Shown: positions 1-9,368 of the stretch, piece by piece | Position numbering within the stretch: the stretch's first letter is position 1 | Layout of the letters: each line of letters opens with the position of its first letter | Assembly (NCBI RefSeq): GCF_023055435.1 | Contig: NW_025964372.1 | Location: 31,930,001-31,994,000, forward strand | From: Haliotis rufescens | Lineage: Eukaryota | Direction: 5' to 3' | Length of the DNA stretch: 64,000 bases | Notes under the pieces: model-generated | The model's database searches: none | What the model was told of the DNA's origin: nothing | The model's input: the letters and a program-made list of their open reading frames with translations, nothing else | Program-made: the position numbers and the translations under genes

Positions 1-229
1 CACTGGTTCTAGATTATCAGTGCACATAACCACTGGTTCTAGATTATCAGGACACATGACCACCGGTTCTAGATTATCAGGACACATGACCACTGGTTCT
101 AGATTATCAGTGCACATAACCACTGGTTCTAGATTATCAGGACACATGACCACTGGTTCTAGATTATCCGGACACATGACCACTGGTTCTAAGTTATCAG
201 GGCACATGACCACTGGTTCTAGATTATGA
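1..229. repeat. 30-bp tandem array (CACTGGTTCTAGATTATCAGGACACATGAC) in a SelJ intron
   Basis: About 7.5 visible units; the array runs off the window start. Confidence 0.95.
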
Positions 230-574
230 GGTAGAACACTACCTAGGAGATTCCTGGTTTGAAATAGGTCCCCAGCAACCTATACTTGTTGTTTTAAGTC
301 AGCTTAAAGAATCAGGTGGTCCAGCTCTGATACATGGTTCATTAAGTTTCAAATAAATAAAATAAAATAAATCAGATTGTATTTGTTACCACTGGATAAA
401 ACTGGCAGGACATGTATGACCTATACTCAGGTGACACAATGTAACTAACCACAGCACACACCAGCACCCACTCACCTCACATTAGAAAAGTTGAATCATT
501 AAATAAACGCAAGAACCTAGTGTACATCGATGTTCAATGATAGATTGCATCATGTGACATGACCCTGTTTCCAG

Positions 575-1180
575 ATTTGCCAGGGGCCCTCCAGTCGGCC
601 CTGCACGGCGTGTTGACGGGTACCGATTACGTCGGCGCTGTCCACGCCACCATGAGAGTAGGAGGCTGCAATGCTTCACGTGGAGGATTCATTGCAGCGT
701 GTTTTGCAGCACAGGTGAATAGTTGTGAATGTGGCCTTCTTTACCTGATGATTTCAATTTTTTTACTCTTCTGGAATTTCGCTTTGTAGGTTTCAAAATT
801 GACATTTTTCTCAATGCTAATTTTGAAAATCATGGCATTCAACTTGGCACAATTCATTATGCAATATGCTTGATCAATAATAAAAAGAACAACTTTGATC
901 AAGATTTCTCTCTTTGGGTAGAGAGTTACATTACTTTACTTGATAGACGACTAGTGACTTTATTGGGATATGGAAGGTACACTTGGTATCACAAGAAGAG
1001 GCGTGGTCTGTTTGAGACAGTTTAATTTTTTTTATCTGAAATCAGTTTAGCATTTTTCTTAATTTTTGTTTCACGCAGAATGGACTGAGCAGCATCCCAG
1101 ATTCTTGGAAATCAAGGACCAAGAAATACGAAGAAATTGCGAGTCTTGCTAAAGAGCTGGTTGCCATCCTGCCTTCATAA
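575..1180 (+). CDS. SELENOJ: Selenoprotein J / J1-crystallin-like (ADP-ribosylglycohydrolase family), last two coding exons (575-714, 1079-1180); the 5' part lies upstream of the window
   Basis: Spliced translation is (x)LPGALQSALHGVLTGTDYVGAVHATMRVGGCNASRGGFIAACFAAQ|NGLSSIPDSWKSRTKKYEEIASLAKELVAILPS*. It matches my recollection of the fish SelJ C-terminus (UGLPGAFQAALHGVLT...GGCTCSRGSFIGACLGAQ.GL..IP.SW). Splice sites: ccag|575, 714|gtgaat, cgcag|1079; TAA at 1178-1180. Confidence 0.85.
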
Positions 1181-1789
1181 TCAAACAGAACATCACCATA
1201 GCAACCAGGGAAGCTTGCTTCAACAAGAAGCCAAAACTGAAGATTTTATTTCATACATGTATATTTCTTGAGTACACAGAAGTACCATTTTGATGTATTT
1301 GTGACAAATGGGATAGTTTCTGAATTTCTAATCTTTTATTTATCTGTTGATAAAGGAAAGACACTAACAATGAAAAAGATCAGATGATATATCAGCTTTT
1401 GGAACAAAATATTTACGTCATTTTTAAAATAATGTGTTTGTTATCACGTTTTTGGTTTTATGCAAAGTTATAACGAATATGAAAGTTTTATTCTTCAGCA
1501 GTGTGATAAAAAAAAGTATGTTGCTTCTTTACACAATGTGCTCCAGCCTCTTCAGTACACCAGATGCATTTGATCAGTTATCATTTAAATTCTTAAAATA
1601 TTAACTTTGATTTTTGTTGTGACATCCAGTTATTTTTCTATTCCTCCAAAGATGCCATCTCATTAAAATCAGATCTTAGCGCTCACTACCGGTACACCAA
1701 AGCTATGGGTAGCAGTAGCCTGCACTAAGATCTGATCTTAATAAGATTATCAAAGTTGCGCAGCAAGGCAAATTAAAATAGGATTTAAA

Positions 1790-2419
1790 TTGGGCTGGGA
1801 CGAGTCTGAATTCACTACCCTTGGGCACGCCAGATACCTATGATTGTGGGTTCGAATCCCGGTTCGCCCCGATTATGTTTCAAGGTTTGTCAGCACCATA
1901 CCCGTGCTCGTGGGTTTCACCGAAGTGATAAACATCAGAGACCTGCATCACTTCGGGCTTTCCTCCCACATTAAGCTGACACGCCGCGATATAACTGGAA
2001 TACTGTTAAAAGCGGCGTTAAACCCAACTCACTCACTCACACACTACCCGGGTACCCACCACCCTATTACTCGACCCAACCCGGGTACCCACTGTAGGCC
2101 TCAAGAGATAAGTACAAAATGTCCGATTGGGCATTTTGTTACCTTAGCACTGGCAAAACGTATTTAGATACGTGTATTAAACAATCTGGTCATGCATACA
2201 CTGAAGTTGACTCAAGTTATATATTTATTCAACGATATAAAAAGTCAGAAGGAATGCGAACATTTGTGACTTGTAGTGTAACCAGACAGTTCTAGATACT
2301 TTTTTGTCATTAAACAATATATCACGTGACTAACCACGGGTCCGGGTAGTCCTGTGGGTACCCGAGTCCTACTCAATACCCACAGGACCCGGGTACCCGA
2401 GTTACCCGTCCCAGCCCTA
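1790..2419. mobile_element. hAT-type MITE (TIR TAGGGCTGGGACG) with a nested SINE
   Basis: 8-bp TSD GATTTAAA (1782-1789, 2420-2427); terminal inverted repeats; related partial copy at about 12259-12560. Confidence 0.8.
1818..2040 (+). mobile_element. SINE family B (tRNA head, Meta-like body), 5'-truncated, nested in the hAT MITE
   Basis: B box GGTTCGAATCC; body ending GGCTTTCCTCCCAC; (ACTC)n tail. Confidence 0.85.
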
Positions 2420-2580
2420 GATTTAAATGTTATTTTCTAGTTGTGTCTTGTGTCTTTTGCTTCTGGTAGGAAGAATCTGTGAACAGAAAAATAGAAAATT
2501 GTGGCTGACATTGCACCCCACTGTCGCACATAATATCCCAGTGAAGCATGTGATGGGAGGGTGCCTATTGCCACCCTGCG

Positions 2581-2649
2581 TCAGTCTGTGTATGAAGGAT
2601 CAGCTGTACTTCCATTGGAACGCCTGACCCTGATGTGAGTCAGATGTGA
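2581..2649 (+). promoter_or_regulatory. Candidate type II SECIS element in the SelJ 3' UTR
   Basis: Helix I UCAGUCUG/CAGAUGUGA; core AUGAA (2592-2596) opposite UGAU (2631-2634); helix II GGAUCAGCUG/CGCCUGACCC (2 mismatches); unpaired UAC; apical mini-stem UUCC-AUU-GGAA. It lies downstream of a SelJ-family ORF on the same strand. Confidence 0.6.
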
Positions 2650-3956
2650 TGCTTGGTTACAACTGACACCCTCGGTCACATCATCCCCAAATGTTGCTAA
2701 TCAAGATTTGTTTATATATTGTGTTTTGTTTGTGCGTGTTAAAAATCATGATTTGTACGTGGAGACACGTACGCTGGTCAAATACTGTTTTCCAGTACTC
2801 TTCACATCAAGGAATACATTTATGTAGGGAGGCCCTTTCCAAGGTTGATTGTACACAATTGTTCACAACTGTTTATTTGGTTGGATACTATAGTTTGAAC
2901 AACCAAAACAAAAAAGAAGACCGCTCGCACTATATTTTCTAAAAAACATTGCCTGAGAACCAATTCTTTTATTTTTGTAAGCCTTACAGGGAACTGATTT
3001 GACAAAATGAGTTGCCAATATAGATCCCAGTGTATTGTGCTTACTGAAATCTTGAATAGGACCAAGGTACTAGTGTGCTTTACATTGACATATTGACACT
3101 ACATCATGGTTTATATACACTGTAGGCCAGTCTCTGTTATTTACCAGCTTTGGATGGTTTTATTCTTCAACTGTGATATTTAACTGCTTTAATTCAATAA
3201 TAATGAACTTGTTCTCATCACTATAGAGAGGTAATATTGCCAATGTGATGCAATATTCAACTCATTCACTGTTTGAGTGAGTGAGTTTGGTTTTACACTG
3301 CTTTTAGCAATATTGCAGCAATATCACGGCCAGGGACACCAGAAATGGGCTTCACACATTGTACCCATGTAGGGAATCAAACCCAGGCCTTTGGCATGAC
3401 GAGCAAATGCTTTAACCACGAGGCTTCCCCACTCACTGTTTGAACCAGTGGATGGACTGAAAGCGCCTGTTGGCCTCCAAGAGAATTGATTAAAGTTAAT
3501 ATTGTATGTATTGAAATTATGGAAATAATCCAGTTTATCATTTAACTTAAGCATTTATCCATGACATAAGCTTATGACATAAAAACATGTATGTCATACC
3601 CCAATGACATAAGTATGCAAATTAGATATGCAAATTAGATAACCGGAAGAGCGAGCGGTTTGATTTGAAACTATATATTATAAGTGAAGTTACACCAGAG
3701 ATATAATCAGATTACACAGAATCATTGTTGTTACCGTTATTAAAGTTTCAATTATTCTACAAAAGTCTGTTCAAGTATTTTGTTTAAAATAATCCGAGGA
3801 ACTTTTTTTCTCAGCGAATTGTTTATTTTGGTTTACATGGCTATGGAAAACATGTATCACTAAGCACGATCTATACGTAAGATTTCGACAAGTTGCTGAT
3901 GTTAATGTTTAATGCAATTATTCCCTAATTTGGAAGCAAAAATGTGAAAATGATAA

Positions 3957-4107
3957 ATAGAATTCATCACGAGTGTTTTTTAATATGGGAAATATCAACC
4001 TCGTCCCGTTAATCGGTATTTGCCTCGCCAAAGGCTTGGCAAATACCGATTAACTAAGACTCGGTTGATATTTCCCATATTAAAAAACACTCGTGATGAA
4101 TCCTCTA
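3957..4107. mobile_element. Palindromic MITE (~150 bp hairpin)
   Basis: ATTCATCACGAGTGTTTTTTAATATGGGAAATATCAACC...GGTTGATATTTCCCATATTAAAAAACACTCGTGATGAAT, near-perfect arms. Confidence 0.75.
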
Positions 4108-4530
4108 TGTATGATATAATGTTTTTCGGAACATATAGCAATGTAAAAATGCATTATTTGCTGGTCCACTAGCTACATCAAGATCAAGTGGAGGGTTTTG
4201 TATTTGCTATTTTGTGAATTTGATATGACTGTTATTGGAAAATGAGTATGAAAGCAATATAGTGATTGTTAAAGTCAAATGTTTTTAAATGTTTTGCAAC
4301 AGATAGTATTTTACAATGAAATCACCAAGGGAGGTAACTCTAGTGTGGTTTGTGACTGAAACTAGTCCTTTATAGTCAGTTAACTCTCTTGCCTCAGGAA
4401 GATGGTCATATATCTGTTAAAAACTTCTCTAACTTTTTGTGTGTGACTTCATCTGTGGTAATAAAAAAACTAGTCATCTGAGGTTCTTTTAGCATTCTTA
4501 TTTGAACTATTTATTATTGCACTTATTTGG

Positions 4531-4820
4531 CGACGTGCATGCGTGTGTTTGTGTGTGTCTGCTTGTACTAGACCAGTTTAATGCCGATTTTATAGTGCTA
4601 TCCCACTGAGATACCATGCCGCAGTTTCACATTAATACCCCACTCAGACAGAGTATACTGACTCCGACCCTTTTATATTTAGCCCCTTAATGTGGAATGC
4701 CAGGTGGGAGTACCATCTTTTAATGTCTTTTGGTGTGACGGGGCTGGGGATTGACCTGGGGATTGACCCCAACCTTCCGCTCTCTGGGCAGACGCTCTAC
4801 CACTGGACCACGGAGGTGGT
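4531..4820 (-). mobile_element. SINE family D (tRNA head + V-domain-like core)
   Basis: Reverse copy of 21390-21745. Confidence 0.75.
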
Positions 4821-4845
4821 AAGGGAGGAAAGCCCAAAGTTATGA

Positions 4846-5012
4846 GTGAGTGAGTGTGTATGGTTTTACGCCGCTTTTAGCAATATTTCAGCGATATCAC
4901 GGCGGGGGACACAAGAAATGGGCTTCACACATTGTACCCATGTCGGGAATCGAACCCAGGTCTTCGGCGTGACGAGTGAACGCTTTAACCCCTAGGCTAC
5001 CTGACCGCCCCC
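4846..5012 (-). mobile_element. SINE family A (short tRNA-derived SINE)
   Basis: A/B boxes, (ACTC)n tail, TSD AAAGTTATGA. Other copies at about 3275-3430, 13188-13350, 18627-18722, 20633-20795, 47763-47920, 48924-49085 and 55781-55873. Confidence 0.85.
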
Positions 5013-5816
5013 TAAAGTTATGAAAGTCCTATGCATGTACTACTTAGATGTAACCAATGAGCACAGCTATGGTGCAGACGATTCAGGAAACATAATCAAG
5101 ATGAACCGGAATTTGAACCCAAGGATCGCAGTTCTGCACAGTGATGCACATTGACTTCGACAACTGTGCCACCTCCCCCAATAGAGTATTGACTCTAGGG
5201 TTCTACCCAGAAGAAACCTCCTGTTACATGATATATTAAGTTGATTGTGTTCAAGTTAACGATGTTTCACTGCATATCAGTTTACCCTAATTAAGTGGAC
5301 CCGTGAAGATTCCGGGGTAGAATAGGTCGTCAGCAACCCATGCTTGCCGTAAAAGGTGAAAAGGTCTGAAAAATAATCGAGTCTGGACCAGACAATCCAG
5401 TGATTGACATCATGAGCATCGATCCACACAATTGGGATCGATGACATGCATCAACCAAGTCAGCAAGCCTGATCACCCGATCCCGTTAGTCGTCTCTTAC
5501 GACAAGCATAGTCGCCTTTTACAGCAAGCCACAGACACCTTTGATCATGGGTTGGAATCCTGAGACCTGCCTCAATTCAGGTATTCATCTCACATGCTGA
5601 CACACCGTGATACAACTAAATTTTATTCAAAGTGGCGTTGAAGCAAACTCACTCTGGGTGACCCCGTCCGTAATGTCTGGACAAGATGAACCCGTGGTTG
5701 ATACCATGATCAACTTTTCACTCTGTTAAGGTAAGGTTAGGTGAAATGGGGTTTCATGTCGCATCAAAGATTATTGCACATATATATGTGTGTGCGTGTG
5801 TGTGTGTGGCTGCATG

Positions 5817-6065
5817 TTTGTTTGTTGTTTAACGCCGCACTCAGCAATATTCCAGCTATATGATGTCAGTCTGTAACTAATCCAGTCTGAACCATATAAT
5901 CCAGTGATTGACATCATGAGAACGATCCATGATTGGGATAAGATGACATGCATCAACCATGTCAGCGAGCCTGATCACCCGATCCTGTTAGTCGCCTCTT
6001 ACGACAAGCATAGTCACCTTTTTTACGGTAAGCATGGGTTGCGGAACACTTATTCTACCCCGGAT
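5817..6065 (-). mobile_element. Short retroposon family C (no tRNA head)
   Basis: Copy of the family defined at 26555-26814. Confidence 0.8.
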
Positions 6066-6335
6066 GTGGCTGCTTGTGCTAGTCAGGACTGATGTTGATT
6101 TATAGTGCTAGCCCACTGAGATACCATACCGCAGTTGACATGAATACTCCACTCAGACACAGTATACTGACTCCGAGCAGTCCTTACTTTAGCACCTTAA
6201 TGCGCCAGACAGGGTAACAAGAAGTACCATCTTTTGGTATGATGTGGCCGGGGATCAAACCCCGGACTTCCTGCTCTCCAGGTGGACACTCTACCACTAG
6301 ACTATGGAGGTGGTCACACTCTGTTTAGGGTATAA

Positions 6336-6546
6336 TGAGTGAGTGAGTGAGTTGGGTTTTATGCCGCTTTTAACAGTATTCCAGTTATATCACGGCGTGT
6401 CACCATAATGTGGGAGGAAAGCCCGAAGTGATGCAGGTCTTAGACGTTTACCACTTCGGTGAAACCCACGAGCACAGGTATGGTGCTGACAAACCTAGAA
6501 ACATAATCGGGGCGAACCGGGATTTGAACCCACAATCATAGGTTTA
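6336..6546 (-). mobile_element. SINE family B copy
   Basis: Matches 55086-55365. Confidence 0.8.
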
Positions 6547-6640
6547 GGGTGTAATGATGCACAACCAGCTAGGTCAAGCTGAAACCGCTGAACCCCATTG
6601 TAATCCGTCTTTGATAACCTCAGTGTACTTGCCGCCTATT

Positions 6641-6744
6641 CTGGGCCCACTTGCACAAAGCGATCTTAGCGCTAATATGATCGTAACTCCCATACTTTGA
6701 CATAGGCTTAAGATAGTCTTAGATCGCTTTGTGCAAGTTGGCCA
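6641..6744. mobile_element. Small TIR element (GGCCCACTTGCACAAAGCGATCT...AGATCGCTTTGTGCAAGTTGGCC)
   Basis: Inverted termini; related sequences at about 1670-1765 and 33237-33345. Confidence 0.6.
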
Positions 6745-7633
6745 AGCTGTACCGGAATCTCATCAGAGATGATTTTCTTAAACTTCCCTTTTGAAGCATA
6801 AATGAAACCATCCATAGTCATGTTAATTATCAAGTGTAGAATATTTAATATCTTCATTCTATTATAATAAATACCATGGAACCATTCGCCACCATAGCTT
6901 CATTTCATTTCCCTCCCCTCCATCTCGAACTCAGCACAGAATTTCTCTCTCTCATGAGAATGATTTTATTGGATTGCTATTATTAAAATTGTGCAATCCA
7001 ATCAAGCTCAAAATGAAGCTATGGTTGCATTTGGGTCCATATTTTTCAAAATAGTATGAAGATACACTTGATCATATTGATAATTGATGAAGTGAAAACA
7101 TGCCTGCTTACCAAAGCAAAGTCATCATCATCATCATCATCATCATGTCCAAAAGGTGACTATGCTTGTCGTGAGAGGCAACTAGAGGCAGATGGTCAGG
7201 CTCACTGACCTGATCAATGCATGTCATCTTATCCCAATTGTGTGGGTCGATGCTCATGATATCAATCACTGGATTGTCTGACCCAGACTTGATTATTTAC
7301 AGAGCGCTTGAATATTGCTGAGTGCAGCATTAAACAACTAAACAAACAAATCATCATATCCATGATCAGAAAGCTATCCCATAAAGCAATATCAAAACTA
7401 TAACTACAATAAATCTATGTTGAAGTATTGACTGAGATCACTTTCTGGAATAGGACCCTATGTAAAACTCAAGGGAAAACATAAAAACATACAAGAATCA
7501 ATACATATATAAATGATTTAATAACAAAATGACAGTCAAAAGAACTGCCAATTCATGACACAGTAAGAAATCTTGACACAAGTTGACGGAAGTGGAGCAG
7601 TGATGTGATTAATAATATAAACTGCACGTAACA

Positions 7634-8788
7634 TCAGCTGTCCACAGGCAGACCATCTAGGGGGCAATTCATAGAGGAGTTCTTCAACCACATGTCTATA
7701 CAATTGTCATGGAACACATGATCACAGGGTAAAAATTTCCTGGTCTGTCCCATTTCATAAGGATCCATACACACAGCACAAATCTCACCCGCACTTTCTT
7801 CACCAACAATATCCGTTTTGAAAGACCCAAGGATATCTTCTGCCACAGTTTTAGGTGCCACCGACTCGTCCAATCGCAGAAGAGTTTCATAATCTTCTGG
7901 AGACAGTTCTCGGTGTTGTAGGGAAATGAGCAGAGATATCAAATCGGTTGGCAGGTCATCCGGCACAGCGTCATTATGTAAAGCATGGCTAAGATTCTGC
8001 ACAGGGGCAGACCTGCTCCTATTATTGTTAGTATCGGTATACTGTCGAGAATTTTCAGGTTCACTTTTCCTTGGAGGCATTGGATAATGGAGATGTGCTC
8101 TGTAGGGATCCAATTCCATAGTTTTCATCACTCTGTGATGGACATAAAGTTTCTTTCTTCCATCATTATTCAAAATATTCTTACAGTACTTGTCCTTCAC
8201 CTGTTTGTGAGCTTTTCTTACTTTTCTGTCTCTGTCATCACGCAAATACTTATTTTCTAACCTTTTTCCTTCGTATTTCTGTAAATGTTCAAACGGCGTG
8301 ATTTTCTCCTCCATAGCCAAGTACTCTTGATCAATTTCTTCAAGGAGGCTGTGCACTTCCTGATCATTGATATGAGAAGCTTTTGAAGGCCTTGGAAGAA
8401 GAGACATGTTGAATCCGAGGTCAGACAATTCCATTTTACTCCATTTCTTCTTCTTCTTCTTTTTCTTCTCCTTCTTTGAATCTTTAGTTTCACTCTCACT
8501 GACAACGCTTTTCTGAAACTCCATAACTTCTTCGTGTTTTTCCACCAGTCTCAGTTTTCTGTTTGCTTTCTTCTCTTTGAGTGAAAGTTTCCTGAGAGGC
8601 ATCTCAGGTGGTTGGCAGAAGATGTCCTCAAATCTGATTTCATCAACAGGAGAAGTATTCTCGGAACGGTCAGCCGAACTTTCAGAAGGCATTGACACGG
8701 ATCTTCTAAAATGGCTGAATGGCACATTTCTCTCGAACCCGTTTGAAGTTCTAGGCCAGTCTACACTGCCTTCCGCAAATGACAGCAT
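7634..8788 (-). CDS. Intronless RING-H2 finger protein (putative E3 ubiquitin ligase; C-terminus resembles the ZSWIM2-type LQxRE(L/I)xPEDY.LL.LD + RING region), about 384 aa
   Basis: Uninterrupted ORF; first ATG at 8788 (MLSFAEGS...). C-terminal CAVC-x14-LPCDHVFHDNCIDMWL-x6-CPLD is a RING-H2 with the last ligand Asp. Lys-rich NLS-like stretch in the middle. Confidence 0.85.
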   Translation of the reverse strand: MLSFAEGSVDWPRTSNGFERNVPFSHFRRSVSMPSESSADRSENTSPVDEIRFEDIFCQPPEMPLRKLSLKEKKANRKLRLVEKHEEVMEFQKSVVSESETKDSKKEKKKKKKKKWSKMELSDLGFNMSLLPRPSKASHINDQEVHSLLEEIDQEYLAMEEKITPFEHLQKYEGKRLENKYLRDDRDRKVRKAHKQVKDKYCKNILNNDGRKKLYVHHRVMKTMELDPYRAHLHYPMPPRKSEPENSRQYTDTNNNRSRSAPVQNLSHALHNDAVPDDLPTDLISLLISLQHRELSPEDYETLLRLDESVAPKTVAEDILGSFKTDIVGEESAGEICAVCMDPYEMGQTRKFLPCDHVFHDNCIDMWLKNSSMNCPLDGLPVDS

Positions 8789-8889
8789 CCTTAAACTTAA
8801 TGTACGGTGCCTTTGAACAATCTCTGTTCTAGCGGAATGTATTTTCGGACCTTGGCGTCCGCCAAGAGGCGTGAAAATGACCAAAAATC

Positions 8890-9368
8890 AAAACTGTTCG
8901 CTCGCTTATATGCAAAGCTTGCACAACACCCCAGCAACTTGTTTAGGTTCTATTTTTAGAAAGTATCAACAAACGTCATGTGCTTATTTTAGGAACTGAC
9001 AAGCATTCGCGTCTTGGTGATTGGTTGGCTATATTTAGATAATATTTCAACTATATATACTTAACAACTATCTACAGTTAAATATATATTAATGATTCAA
9101 TACGTTCAACATTTAGGTGATATTGAAATATTACTAATCATATTACAATATAAAATTGAAAAATGTATTTTCAAAATATATTTTGCTACATTTTTACTTG
9201 TTTTGTTTAAAAATGACAAACGTTGAATGTAGATATAGACAATTAGTTGTTAAGCTAATACTTTCTTGGGAATTCCATGGTATTGCATGACCATGCGTGC
9301 TTGAACCGGTGCTCGACGTCTGCTTGCTATGTGTTATTAGGCCACATTTATCTTATTATCATAACGTA
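8890..9368. promoter_or_regulatory. Putative bidirectional promoter between the RING-H2 gene and TSEN15
   Basis: Divergent starts about 580 bp apart. CTA(A/T)4TAG at 8950-8959 and 9029-9038; reverse CCAAT (GATTGG) at 9019-9024. Confidence 0.5.

Noticed and set aside
1370-1403. Alternative SECIS candidate ATGAAAAAG...CTTTTGGAA
   Set aside because: Helix II is too short and helix I is poor compared with 2581-2649.
8789-8884. N-terminal extension of the RING ORF from a TTG start
   Set aside because: A non-ATG start is unlikely in an animal gene; the first ATG at 8788 is preferred.
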